A DNA stretch of 64,000 nt from Octopus vulgaris (GCA_951406725.2 OX597837.1:32116001-32180000), one strand, 5' to 3'; positions 31,561-48,006 are shown, counted from the stretch's first letter. The notes: generated by a model from the sequence alone, not told the origin. Translations and numbers: made by a program.

Positions 31561-32053
31561 TAGCATTGTTTTTTATTGCTTTTTTTAAGCAGCTAACAGT
31601 AATTCTTCAATATTTCTAAAACCCTCACCATTTTATTGACAAGATCCAGGGATAAACTGAGGCAATATATCTGGCATCATTAATGGTCTAAGGATCGGAA
31701 GTATGGTAACGACATGGTCTTCATCGGATACTGAAGATCCTTACAAGATCGTCAAGACCTTTCCCTGTGTGACTGGTTTTATGTCGGGATAACCTTCTCT
31801 TAGAGATATGTGTTAAGGAAAGCTGAAGAAGAATGTCTTATTGCCAGAGCTTTTGCAGCACCTGGACATTCTAAGTCACAAACACGCACACACACACACA
31901 CACACACACATACACACACACATACACACACACACATACATATACACACACACACACATACACATGCACACATATATTACATTGCATGCATACATACATA
32001 CATAAAGACAGACACACACACATACATACATACATACACACACACATACACAC

Positions 32054-32084
<31 letters not shown>

Positions 32085-32283
32085 TATACATACACACACA
32101 CACATACATACATACATACACACATACATACATACATACATACATACATACATAAAGACAGACAGACAGACACACATACATACATACACACACACATACA
32201 TACATACTTAGATATATATATACATACACACACACATACATACATAAATACATACATACATATATATATATATACACACACAC

Positions 32284-32314
<31 letters not shown>

Positions 32315-32408
32315 TACATACACACACACACATACATACATACATACATACATACATACATACATACACACACACATACATACATATATACATACATAAA
32401 TACATACA

Positions 32409-32444
<36 letters not shown>

Positions 32445-32984
32445 TATATATACATACACACACACATACATATACACACACAAACATACATACATAGCAG
32501 AAGTCAAAAGGCAACTCGCGACCGAGCAAGACCATTTCCTAAACTCAATAAGTCCGTGCAAACGTTCTGAGAGTCTAAGAAGATCTTGCGCAGGAATTTG
32601 CTTTGAGTGGTTAAATATACATGAATATCTATCCGCTCAAATCTGTATATCCACGGCATTGACCCCACTTTCGGCGCAATCAGCTATAAAACCAGTGGCC
32701 CAACAGGGGCTGAGATGACCAGAAACCAACAGCACTTCGGGCTATTCTTATGCGTGTTCACCTTCTAGAAGGAAGTTCTCATGAGTTCTAGGGGGTCTTT
32801 CACTCCCAGGAGCTCACATGCTAATTAATTCATTGCTGGGTCCCTCGCAGAGGATACTACTCAAGGTCAGAGTGGCTAAGAGGTGGTTCCACACTCCCCA
32901 AGACCCTGGAAGTCCCGTACCAAAGACACACGATCGGATGAAGTTTAGTCATACCCAAGGCACACACATACGCACACACATACA

Positions 32985-33218
32985 CTCTTTTACTTGTTTC
33001 AGTCATTTAACTGTGGCCATGCTGGAGCACCGGCCTTTAGTCGAGCAAATCGACCACGGGACTTATTCTCTGTAAGCCTAGTACTTATTCTATCTGTCTA
33101 TTTTGCCGAACCTCTAAGTTACGGGGGCGTAAACACACCAGTATCGGTTGTCAAGCGATTTTGGGGAACAAACACAGACACACAAACGAATACACACGCA
33201 TACACACCCACACACACA

Positions 33219-33284
<66 letters not shown>

Positions 33285-33492
33285 AATATATACATATATA
33301 TACATACATATATATATATACATATATACGAAGGGCTTCTATCAGTTTCCGTCTACCAAATTCACTCACAAAGCTTTGGTCGGCTCAGAGCTATAGTAGA
33401 AGACACTTGCCCAAGGTGCCACGCAATGGGACTAAACCCGGAACCATGTGGTTGGTAAACAAGCTACTTACCACACAGCCACTCCTACGCCT
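32985..33492 (-). mobile_element. SINE family C (full length)
   Basis: Reverse complement of the C sequence with internal (CA)n(TA)n. Confidence 0.88.
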
Positions 33493-33788
33493 ATATACAC
33501 ATCCATACGCACAAACATTCATACTTACATATACTATATATATAGAGAGAGATATACATGCATACGTGGATACGTATATACACATATTCATATACCATAC
33601 AAACATATATACATACGTACATAGATACATATACCATACATAAATACATACATAAATACATACACACACATAAACATGCATGCATGCATGCTTTCAACCA
33701 TCGATGCATCCATACATACATACATACATACATACATACATACATACATACATGCATACATACATACATACATGCATACATACATACA

Positions 33789-33822
<34 letters not shown>

Positions 33823-34036
33823 CATACATACATGCATACATATATACATACATACATACATACATACATACATACATACATGCATACATACATACATACG
33901 TACATGCATACATATATACATACATACATACATACATACATGCATACATACATACATACATACATACGTACATGCATACACACATACATACATACATACA
34001 CACATACATACATACATACATACATATATACATACA

Positions 34037-34070
<34 letters not shown>

Positions 34071-34136
34071 CATACATACATATATACATACATACATACA
34101 TATATACATACATACATACATAGATACATACATATA

Positions 34137-34170
<34 letters not shown>

Positions 34171-34429
34171 CATACATACATACATACATACATACATACA
34201 TACATACATACATACATACATACATACATACATACATACATACATACATACATACACACATACACACCTACCTACATACATACGTACATACGTACATACG
34301 TACATGCATACATACACACATACATACATACATACATACATACATACATACATACATACATACATACATACATACATACATACGTACGTACATACATACA
34401 TATACCATGCATACATTACATAATGCGTC

Positions 34430-35015
34430 GTCGTCCAAAATGGAAAGGAAAGCAAACCTCTACGATGCTTTAATATCCTTCACACCAGGTTATAGGGTTT
34501 CATTTGTATCTTTTGTCATAGACGCACAGGGCAATGTGGCAACAGATTTGCATAAAAAGGGTTGGAAATGCGGGGGATTTCCCAAGAAAGAAGAAACCCA
34601 ACTGACTCGTACGCTTCAAATCTATTCGACTTAATGCTGTGGAAATGGCTCAGTGGTTAGAGCGTCGAGCTTACGATCGTGAGGTTGTGAGCTCGAATCC
34701 CGGACCGGGCTGCGTGTTGTGTTCTTGAGCAAGGCACTTTATTTCACGTTGCTCCAGTTCAGTCAGCTGTAGAAATGAATTGTGACGTCACAGGTGCCAA
34801 GCTGTATCGGCCCCTTTGTCTTTCCCTTGGATAACACTGGTGGCGTGGAGAGGGGAGGCTGGTATGTTGGTCTTCCATAAAAACAACCTTGCCCGGACTT
34901 GTGTCTAGGAGGGTTACTTTCTAGGTGCAATCCCATGGTCATTCATGACCGAAGGGGGTCTTTACCCCTTTAATGCTGTGGAAGTGAAGATTTTTCAAGA
35001 CATTCCAGAGATTTT
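34430..35015 (+). mobile_element. Decayed 3' end of an RLE-type (R4/Dong-like) non-LTR retrotransposon, split by SINE D (duplicate at ~44131-44715)
   Basis: Peptide RKANLYDAL...PGYRVSFVSFVIDAQGNV...GFPKKEETQLTRTLQIYS resumes after the SINE as VKI/FKTFQRF, resembling the C-terminus after the restriction-like endonuclease domain. Confidence 0.6.
34645..34969 (+). mobile_element. tRNA-derived SINE, family D, with 14-bp TSD (duplicate 44345-44669)
   Basis: A box TGGCTCAGTGG and B-box-like GCTCGAATCC; TSD TTAATGCTGTGGAA at 34631-34644 and 34970-34983. Confidence 0.88.
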
Positions 35016-35089
35016 TGACTTCCTGGAAGAGACATGGTCACAGTTGGAATATCATTAATCGTAGGTTAAATGGATCAAGGAACCTACCA

Positions 35090-35706
35090 ACGATGATGAC
35101 GTCGGAGATGATAATGATAACGTCGCTGATAATGATGATGATGATGATGATGATGATGACGACGACAAGGACGATGATGATGGTGATGCTGATGGTTGTG
35201 GTGACGATGATGTTGATGATGATGGTGGTGGTGATGATGATGGTTATGGTGATGATGATGATGATGATGATGACGACGACATCGACGATGATGATGATGA
35301 TGATGTTGATGGTTGTGGTGACGATGATGTTGATGATGATGGTGGTGGTGGTGATGATGGTCATGGTGATGATGATAATGATGATGATGACGACGACAAC
35401 GACGATGATGATGGTGATGTTGATGGTTGTGGTGACGATGATGTTGATGATGATGGTGGTTGTGGTGATGATGATGGTCATGGTGATGATGATGATGATG
35501 ATGAGGAGGAGGAGGAGGAGGAGGGGGAGGAGCAGCTGATGCGGGTTTCAGCTAAGTTCAAATACTACCAACCGCGATATTCGAATGCTTGGATTCGGTG
35601 GGTTTAGGATGTCGCGTCCATTACATCACTGTCATCGTCATCATCATCGTCATCATCATCGTCATCATCATCATCATCATCACCATCACCATCACCATCA
35701 TCATCG

Positions 35707-35748
<42 letters not shown>

Positions 35749-35812
35749 CCATCACCATCACCATCGTCATCATCATCATCATCATCAAAGTCATCATCAT
35801 CATCATCCTCAT
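35090..35812. repeat. (GAT)-rich tract with ~120-bp higher-order repeats followed by a (CAT)-rich tract (duplicate ~44790-45530)
   Basis: Direct reading. Confidence 0.9.
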
Positions 35813-36289
35813 CGTTATTTTCAACGTCATCATTGTTGCTGTCGTTGTCGTTGTCGTCGTCGTCGTCACGAACACACCCATAACTACCCCCACCCCTACC
35901 ACCACCCCACCACCACCACTATAACAACAACAACAACTTTCACTACTACTACTACTACTACTACTACTGGCTGTTCATAGAGTGCTTTCGTGTTCCTAAA
36001 TATTTCACGTCTGTTATTGTCACTCACAAAGTCATCCCACCCCCCAACCCCCACCCCCGTCATTTCTACCAGCAATAGCACCGACATACCATCACCACCA
36101 CCACCACCACCACCACCAACAGCAGCAACAACAACAGCACCACACCCAAAGACATCATCGCCACCATCACCTCCACCACCGATTCTACGAGAAAGCCCTT
36201 ACGCAGCCCTTCGACCTGTCTGCTAGATATAGCAGCCGCACCACAAAAAATCACACTGTTCCGTTTTACATTTGTGTGTGTGTGCGTCC

Positions 36290-36339
<50 letters not shown>

Positions 36340-36420
36340 TGTGTGTGTTTGTGTATGTGTGTGTTTGTGAGAGAGAGAGGGAGTGTGTGTGTTTATGAGA
36401 AAGAGAGCGTGTGTATTTAT

Positions 36421-36459
<39 letters not shown>

Positions 36460-36508
36460 TTTGTGAGGGAGTGTGTGTGTTTATGAGAAAGAGAGCGTGT
36501 GTATTTAT

Positions 36509-36559
<51 letters not shown>

Positions 36560-36661
36560 TGTTTGTGAGAGAGAGAGGGAGTGTGTGTGTTTATGAGAAA
36601 GAGAGCGTGTGTATTTATGTGTGTTTGTGTGTGTGTGTGAAAGAGAGAGAGAGAGAAAGAA

Positions 36662-38085
<1,424 letters not shown>

Positions 38086-38364
38086 GTCTGTTTGAATATA
38101 TACACGCACATGTATGTATGTATGCATGTATGTACGTATGTATGTATGTACGTATGTATGTATGTATGTATTTCTGTCTGTCTGTCTGTCTGTCTGTATG
38201 TATGTATGTCTGTATGTATGTATGTATGTATGTATGTATGTACGTACGTATGTATGCATGTATGTATGTATGGATGGATGGATGGATGGATGGATAGATG
38301 GATGGATGCATATATGTATGTATATATGTATGTATGTGAATGTATTTATGTAAGTGTGAACGTA

Positions 38365-38409
<45 letters not shown>

Positions 38410-38711
38410 CTTCATATATTACTGCACTGTGTTACATCACTGCATATTTCACAACAGAATTTACTGTACACCACCACCACCACCACCACCACCACACTAT
38501 AAGTCATTACATCCTTACTGTACTACATTGCCTTACTTTCTCTATTGCCATATCGCCTTCTTTACACTCTATGTCACTACATGCCTTACCCTAGGACTCG
38601 ATTTAAGACTGATTGCTCTCAAGTTTTCTAAGTACAAGCCAACAGTAGTTCCCCACCTATCCTTTCCTTCTCTAATTCATACAAATACAAGAAAATGTAA
38701 GACAGTCGACA

Positions 38712-39045
38712 GTCAAATGTGATCGAGCTAGTCAGAGTGTGTGATGGGATAGTTAAGCAAAGACTAGTCCTGGAAAAGGCAACAGCGACAATTATCTCTG
38801 CATATGTTCCACAAGGCCGCAGGAGTTCTCTAATGCAAGTGACTTGATTATCTGCAACACTAACTTCAGGAAACAAGCCAGCCACCTGATCTCATATCAA
38901 TCTGGTGGGAATACAAGCTAGATTTGCTACAATTCTCATCAGAAAACGGGATAGACAGATGGTTGTAAATGCGAAGTCCTTCACCAGTGAAGAATGCACA
39001 GCCCAACATACGTTAGAGGTTAATGATTTCAAACTTAAAGCTAGA
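38712..39045 (+). mobile_element. RTE-like LINE apurinic endonuclease fragment (duplicate ~48353-48686)
   Basis: VIELVRVCDGIV...TIISAYVPQG...LIICNTNFRKQASHLISYQSGG...EECTAQH. Confidence 0.75.
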
Positions 39046-39171
39046 AGAACTCAGAGACCGCCCCTGGTTCTATGCTACAAACTTCCTGTTTACGGTGTTT
39101 GAAATTAAAATTTCCCACCAAAATTTTACTCTATGTTCCAAACACCAGCTTAATAGTTGTAAAGTTATTTT

Positions 39172-39616
39172 GGATCTTTTCGGTTTGACCGGCAGTTTTT
39201 TAAAATAATTTCCACGTAACTAAACACTTTTAAACTTCGTATACTGGTAGAATGTGTTTATAAAACATCTTTTTCTCTTGGCTTTATTGAGAAAATTCTA
39301 TAGTTTGTAAGATATTTGTTGTTATTTTTTTTTCTTCAATTCCTGCAATTTCAACCAATCAATGACCGTCTATTGAGGTGAAAACATTCTGTGCCGTATG
39401 AAAATGTCCCTCGTTTAAGAAACAGATTGGGTTTATTTACATTTCTGAAGGAAAAAAGATACCCTTCCCCCACCCCTAACCCTAACCCTAACCCTAACTC
39501 TAACCCTAACCATAAAATAGATTGAAATGCAATAGATCGATACTAGGGTCATAATTACGGGTGACAATTTCATATGGCACCGCTAGAAAAAACTGCCGTT
39601 CAAACCGAAAAGAACC
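39172..39616. mobile_element. Non-autonomous DNA transposon with 30-bp TIRs, 8-bp TSD and internal (TAACCC)n; Merlin-like (duplicate 48813-49257)
   Basis: TIRs GGATCTTTTCGGTTTGACCGGCAGTTTTTT / AAAAAACTGCCGTTCAAACCGAAAAGAACC; TSD GTTATTTT on both sides. Confidence 0.85.
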
Positions 39617-40658
39617 GTTATTTTATTAAAATTTTCGTTATCTTTAAAAACTGATTTCAACACAGGTGCAGGCATGGCTGTGTGGTAGGTAAGAAGCTTG
39701 CTTCCCAACTACTTGGTTCCGGGTTCAGTCCCATTGCGCGGTATTTTGGGCATATATATATATCAGTCGCCATGATAGATCGCAAGCCCCTACACACATT
39801 TTTTTCTCTCCTTGTTTTTTTCTGTGACCCTTTCTATAGAAAAGCGTAGGCTCGAAACGTAAAAGACTTTTTCTATTCCTGAGCGTTATACTAATACATC
39901 TGTTTGTTTTGTACACCACCTGTCTTCGTGTTGGTGTGTTTATGTCCCCGTGACATAGCGGTTCTGCAAATGACACCAAGAGAGTAAGTACTAGGTTTTC
40001 AAAAAATAAAGAATTCTTTGGGGCGATCTTTTCGACTAAGACCGTTCAAAGCCGTGCCCCAACATTGCCGCAGTAAAGTGACTGAAGGACATACAAAAAA
40101 TTTTAAAATAGTGTATTTCAACAGAAATATAGAAGTAAAACGGTAGACCACTATGTGGATTCCTTGTATGCTAAAAATAGACCTCTATTTTTAGCATACA
40201 ATGGGTCCTCATAGTGGTCTCTCATATTGTTTATATTTAAATAGAACTCACGGTACTTGGACGTTTTTTAAGCATACTGAGCACTGGTCGAAATTGATAT
40301 TATTTAGTAATATTATTTAATAATATTAATTTCTACTCTTATAATGGTTTAAATCTTGAAGTCTAGATATACGAAGAATTTGAAACTCGGTGAATTGTCT
40401 TTGGAAATTAAGTAATTCATGTATTATATGTATTATAGGTGCTCTTATTATTTGTATTATTATTTGGAAGCATATTACGACAATCGATGATTTATAAAAT
40501 ATCTTAGGGCCATTGAGTACTTAAGAAGCTCTCTCCGCAAATCACGTGATTTTGGGTTCAGTCCTACTGGTCGGCACCTAAAGCAAGTACCTTCTACTAT
40601 AACCCGGGGCCCAATAACGCTTTGTGAGTGAATTTGGTAGGCGGAAACAGCGTGAAAG

Positions 40659-41072
40659 GCGACGAGCTGGCAGAAACGTTAGTACGCCGGGCGAAATGCT
40701 TAGCGGTATTTCGTCTGCTGCTACGTTCTGGGTCCAAATTCCGCCGAGGTCGACTTTGACTTTCATCCTTTCGGGGTCGATAAATTAAATACCAGTTACG
40801 CACTGGGGTCGATGTAATCGACTTAATACCTATGTCTGTCCTTGTTTGTCCGCTCTGTGTTTGGCCCCTTGTGGGTAATAAAGAAATAGGTATTTCGTCT
40901 GCTGCTACGTTCTGGGTTCAAATTCCGCCGAGGTCGACTTTGACTTTCATCCTTTCGGGGTCGATAAATTAAGTACCAGTTACGCACTGGGGTCGATGTA
41001 ATCGACTTAATCCGTTTGTCTGTTCTTGTTTGTCCCCTCTATGTTTAGCCCCTTGTGGGCAATAAAGAAATA
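40659..41072 (+). mobile_element. SINE B dimer with 16-bp TSD, inserted in a degraded SINE C head (duplicate 50299-50712)
   Basis: TSD GGAAACAGCGTGAAAG at 40643-40658 and 41073-41088. Confidence 0.9.
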
Positions 41073-41093
41073 GGAAACAGCGTGAAAGTCCAT

Positions 41094-41164
<71 letters not shown>

Positions 41165-41668
41165 TTGTTGATTATTTCTCTTTCTCATTCCCTCTAGACG
41201 CTCTTTCTTCTGACAAAGGATTAACAACCGAAACGTTAAGCTTTTTTTCCGATTAAACCATTAAGCAAATACTTTATTTATCAAACTCTGTTCCTCCTGT
41301 GTTTCCTTTCAATCGTTCATTATATTTGCACAACACACACACACACACACTCAAACACACACAAACATACATACACGCACTTACATATACACACACAGAC
41401 ATACACATACATACATACATACACACAACGCATACATAAATACATTCAAGATTTGTTCCCTTCGTGTTGTTTTTTGTCTGACGCCCTTACGGTTCTACCG
41501 ATCCTCTGATCTATTATTGTAATATAAATAATTATTAACATTCCTGTTGTATATGTCTATGAGTATACATGAAAGTGTGTGTGTATATATATATATATAT
41601 ACATGTGTGTGTGTGTGTCTGTGTGTGTGTGTATATATATATGGATATTTATATATATATATGTATGT

Positions 41669-41813
<145 letters not shown>

Positions 41814-41819
41814 CATTAC

Positions 41820-41855
<36 letters not shown>

Positions 41856-42358
41856 ATATGTACGCCTGTATCCCAGATTGTTTGCATGTATGTATGTATG
41901 TATGCATGTATGTATGTATGTATGTATGTATGTATGTATGTATGTATGAGTGCGCATGTGCGTGCCTGTACGTTTTCATTTATTATGGTATTCCTTTTCC
42001 CCCTTGATGGCCCAAACCCTATTTTTGCTAAATGTTTAATCCAGCTTCCATCATTATTACTATAGCACTTCACCACATTATGTTACAATATACTTAACTG
42101 TTTTACTGTACGTACTGCCTTATCGTCTATTACGTTTAACAGCTTCCTTATGGATAGTTCCCTCAGTGACCTAAATCTGCTACAGGTCAAAGACTGAAAA
42201 GCCCTTGTGTATTGAAATTAAATATACATGTATTGGATACACTGCCGCACTTGCCTAGTCTGGTCTAGCGGCGGCATGTTTAGCAAAAAATTCAGCAAAT
42301 GAAAGTTCTTTGCTCTTTCTTAATGCTGTAAAACTCTCGATATTTATAGTGTAAATAA

Positions 42359-42540
42359 GGCGGCGAGGTTGGCAGAATCGTTAGCTCGCCGGGCGAAATG
42401 CTTAGCGGTATTTCGTCTGCCGCTACGTTCTGAGTTCAAATTCCGCCGAGGTCTACTTTGCCTTTCATCCTTCCGGGGTCGATAAATTAAGTACCAGTTA
42501 CGCACTGGGGTTAATATAATCGACTTAACCACTTTGTCTG
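42359..42540 (+). mobile_element. SINE family B, 3'-truncated (duplicate ~52026-52207)
   Basis: Head, B box and core match family B. Confidence 0.85.
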
Positions 42541-42689
42541 GGGTGTAATTAAAGACTGTATAATGATGTGACAAAGTTTCTCTGGCGTCTGGAACCTGTG
42601 CAGAATCGTCAGGAGTTTAGATCAGCAATGAAAAAAACCAATATCTTGTAAAGCGGAATTTCGAAGTATTTTCTCTTTTTTTTCTCTTT

Positions 42690-42888
42690 TTTCTTGTTTC
42701 AGTCATTTTGACTGTGGCCATGCTGGAGCACCGCCTTTAATCGAGAAAATCGAGCCCCGGGACTTATTCTTTTGTAAGCCCAGTACTTATTTTATCGGTC
42801 TCTTTTGCCGAACTGCTAAGTGACGGGGACATAAACACACCAGCATCGGTTGTCAAGCAATGCTAGGGGGACAAACACAGACACACAA

Positions 42889-42956
<68 letters not shown>

Positions 42957-43108
42957 GACAGGCTTCTTTCAGTTTCCGTCTACCAAATTAACTCACAAGG
43001 CATTGGTCGGCCCGAGGCTATAGCAGAAGACACTTGCCCAAGATGCCACGCAGTGGGACTGAACCCGGAACTATGTGGTTGGTTAGCAAGCTACTTACCA
43101 CACAGCCA
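42690..43108 (-). mobile_element. SINE family C (duplicate ~52358-52778)
   Basis: Reverse complement of the C sequence. Confidence 0.88.
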
Positions 43109-43311
43109 CATCTTAAAATCAGTTTGTTGCAGATATAATAGTTTTGACTTTCTTGCATCTACGTATTTACTACAGTGGCCGCAACAAGCATATAATGCAA
43201 GTTGGTTTTATAGAGCACCGAAGTTGCAGCCCTCTATCCTGTAAGCTGTTGTTAGTAACTATTTCAGCAACCGCGGTTCATAAATATCGAAGATCTTGAA
43301 GCCTTTCTTAT

Positions 43312-43411
43312 NNNNNNNNNNNNNNNNNNNNNNNNNNNNNNNNNNNNNNNNNNNNNNNNNNNNNNNNNNNNNNNNNNNNNNNNNNNNNNNNNNNNNNNNN
43401 NNNNNNNNNNN
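43312..43411. other. Assembly gap (100 N)
   Basis: Run of exactly 100 N. Confidence 1.
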
Positions 43412-43501
43412 GCATTCAACATACATCCATACATACATACATACATACATACATACATACATACATACATACATACATACATTCATGCATACATACATAC
43501 A

Positions 43502-43535
<34 letters not shown>

Positions 43536-43593
43536 CATACATACATACATACATACATACATACATACATACATACATACATACATACATACA

Positions 43594-43627
<34 letters not shown>

Positions 43628-43693
43628 CATACATACATACATACATACATACATACATACATACATACATACATACATACATACATACATACA

Positions 43694-43727
<34 letters not shown>

Positions 43728-43733
43728 CATACA

Positions 43734-43767
<34 letters not shown>

Positions 43768-43798
43768 CATACATACATATACATACATACATACATAT

Positions 43799-43893
<95 letters not shown>

Positions 43894-45424
43894 CATACAT
43901 ACATACATACATACATACATACATACATACATACATACATACACACATACACACCTACCTACATACATACGTACATACATACATACATACATACATACAT
44001 ACACATACATACATACATACATACATACATACATACATACATACATACATACATACATACATACATACATACATACATACGTACGTACATACATACATAC
44101 ATATACCATGCATACATTACATAATGCGTCGTCGTCCAAAATGGAAAGGAAAGCAAACCTCTACGATGCTTTAATATCCTTCACACCAGGTTATAAGGTT
44201 TCATTTGTATCTTTTGTCATAGACGCACAGGGCAATGTGGCAACAGATTTGCATAAAAAGGGTTGGAAATGCGGGGATTTCCCAAGAAAGAAGAAACCCA
44301 ACTGACTCGTACGCTTCAAATCTATTCGACTTAATGCTGTGGAAATGGCTCAGTGGTTAGAGCGTCGAGCTTACGATCGTGAGGTTGTGAGCTCGAATCC
44401 CGGACCGGGCTGCGTGTTGTGTTCTTGAGCAAGGCACTTTATTTCACGTTGCTCCAGTTCACTCAGCTGTAGAAATGAATTGTGACGTCACAGGTGCCAA
44501 GCTGTATCGGCCCCTTTGTCTTTCCCTTGGATAACACTGGTGGCGTGGAGAGGGGAGGCTGGTATGTTGGTCTTCCATAAAAACAACCTTGCCCGGACTT
44601 GTGTCTAGGAGGGTTACTTTCTAGGTGCAATCCCATGGTCATTCATGACCGAAGGGGGTCTTTACCCCTTTAATGCTGTGGAAGTGAAGATTTTTCAAGA
44701 CATTCCAGAGATTTTTGACTTCCTGGAAGAGACATGGTCACAGTTGGAATATCATTAATCGTAGGTTAAATGGATCAAGGAACCTACCAACGATGATGAC
44801 GTCGGAGATGATAATGATAACGTCGCTGATAATGATGATGATGATGATGATGATGTTAATGATGATGATGATGACGACGACAAGGACGATGATGATGGTG
44901 ATGCTGATGGTTGTGGTGACGATGATGTTGATGATGATGGTGGTGGTGATGATGATGGTTATGGTGATGATGATGATAATGATGATGATGACGACGACAT
45001 CGACGATGATGATGATGATGATGTTGATGGTTGTGGTGACGATGATGTTGATGATGATGGTGGTGGTGGTGATGATGGTCATGGTGATGATGATAATGAT
45101 GATGATGACGACGACAACGACGATGATGATGGTGATGTTGATGGTTGTGGTGACGATGATGTTGATGATGATGGTGGTTGTGGTGATGATGATGGTCATG
45201 GTGATGATGATGATGATGATGAGGAGGAGGAGGAGGAGGAGGGGGAGGAGCAGCTGATGCGGGTTTCAGCTAAGTTCAAATACTACCAACCGCGATATTC
45301 GAATGCTTGGATTCGGTGGGTTTAGGATGTCGCGTCCATTACATCACTGTCATCGTCATCATCATCGTCATCATCATCGTCATCATCATCATCATCATCA
45401 CCATCACCATCACCATCATCATCG

Positions 45425-45466
<42 letters not shown>

Positions 45467-46005
45467 CCATCACCATCACCATCGTCATCATCATCATCAT
45501 CATCAAAGTCATCATCATCATCATCCTCATCGTTATTTTCAACGTCATCATTGTTGCTGTCGTTGTCGTTGTCGTCGTCGTCGTCACGAACACACCCATA
45601 ACTACCCCCACCCCTACCACCACCCCACCACCACCACTATAACAACAACAACAACTTTCACTACTACTACTACTACTACTACTACTGGCTGTTCATAGAG
45701 TGCTTTCGTGTTCCTAAATATTTCACGTCTGTTATTGTCACTCACAAAGTCATCCCACCCCCCAACCCCCACCCCCGTCATTTCTACCAGCAATAGCACC
45801 GACATACCATCACCACCACCACCACCACCACCACCAACAGCAGCAACAACAACAGCACCACACCCAAAGACATCATCGCCACCATCACCTCCACCACCGA
45901 TTCTACGAGAAAGCCCTTACGCAGCCCTTCGACCTGTCTGCTAGATATAGCAGCCGCACCATAAAAAATCACACTGTTCCGTTTTACATTTGTGTGTGTG
46001 TGCGT

Positions 46006-46068
<63 letters not shown>

Positions 46069-46347
46069 TTGTGTATGTGTGTTTGTGAGAGAGAGAGGGA
46101 GTGTGTGTGTTTATGAGAAAGAGAGCGTGTGCATTTACGTGTGTTTGTGTGTGTGTATGTGTGTGTGTGTGTTTGTGTATGTATGTGTTTGTGAGAGAGA
46201 GAGGGAGTGTGTGTGTTTATGAGAAAGAGAGCGTGTGTATTTATGCGTGTTTGTGTGTGTGTGTGAAAGAGAGAGAGAGAGAAAGAAAGAGAGAGAGAGA
46301 GAAAGAGAGAGAGAGAAAGAGAGAGAGAGAGAAAGAGAGAGAGAGAA

Positions 46348-46394
<47 letters not shown>

Positions 46395-46403
46395 CTGTGT
46401 GTG

Positions 46404-46575
<172 letters not shown>

Positions 46576-48006
46576 ACGATGAGCCGTGCACTGAAAAGCG
46601 TCCTCAGGAAACACTACAAAAAATTACAGAGACTGCATAAAAAGCAACCTGAAGGAATTGCAAATCAATGCAAAATTATGAAGAACTGGGAAGAACTAAC
46701 TTTAGAAGCGTATAATTGAAGGTTGTAAATCTTTTGAACAGCGTCACCTTGAGGACGAAAACCCGAAGCTTTCGAGGGGTAGTCATCAAAACTTCAGTGA
46801 AAGCATAAAGTGTTGCAGGTACGAAACGTGTCACCGTGTACGAAGCCCCATGAAAGATCAACAGTATGCAACGTTTTTCCTCCAAGACCGGGTGATTCGA
46901 CCTGTGTAGTGTGTGAAAGAGCTTGCAAGTCGGTTTGGGGTCAGAGGAGTGGCTGTGTGGTAAGTAGCTTGCTTACTAACCACATGTTAGCACGCCGGGC
47001 GAAATGCGTAGCCGTATTTCGTCTGCCGTTACGTTCTGAGTTCAAATTCCGCCGAGGTCGACTTTGCCTTTCATCCTTTAAGGGTCGATAAATTAAGTAC
47101 CAGTTACGTACTGGGGTCGATGTAATCGACTTAATCCCTTTGTCTGTCCTTGATTGTCCTCTCTGTGTTTAGCCCCTTGTAAAGAAATAGGTTCCGGGTT
47201 CAGTCCCACTGCGTGGCACCTTGGGCAAGTGTCTTCTACGATAGCCTCGGGCCGACCAAAGCCTTATGAGTGGATTTGGTAGACGGAAAACTGAAAGAAG
47301 CTCGTCGTACGTATGTGTATATATATATGTGTGTATGTGTGTGTGTATATGTTTGTGTGTCTGTGTTTGTCCCCTCAACATCGCTTGACAACCGATGCTG
47401 GTGTGTTTACGTCACCGTAACATAGCAGTTCGGCAAAAGAGAGACCGATAGAATAAGTACTAGGCTTACAAATTATAAGTCCTGGGGTCGATTTGCTCAA
47501 CTAAAGGCGGTGCTCCAGCATGGCCGCAGTCAAATGACTGAAACAAATAAAAGAATAAAAACAGTAGTTCACTGGGATCATATGTTTCTAAGTAATCCGA
47601 TCGATCCTCTGGAAGTTACAACTTTTGTCTGTCACCCATGCTTCACACATGTAGATCTGCAACGGGACTGAATAACCAACGGAGAGGTCATGGATGGAGT
47701 GTCAGAAATGCCATTGTCTGTCTGTTTGAATATATACACGCACATGTATGTATGTATGCATGTATGTACGTATGTATGTATGTATGTATGTATGTATGTA
47801 TGTATGTATGTATGTATGTATGTATGTATGTATGTATGTATGTATGTCTGTATGTATGTATGTATGTATGTATGTATGTATGTACGTACGTATGTATGCA
47901 TGTATGTATGTATGGATGGATGGATGGATGGATAGATGGATGGATGCATATATGTATGTATATATGTATGTATGTATGTGAATGTATTTATGTAAGTGTG
48001 AACGTA

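Noticed and set aside
39474-39512. TAACCC repeats as a telomere or fusion relic
   Set aside because: The tract is short and enclosed within a TIR/TSD-bounded element.
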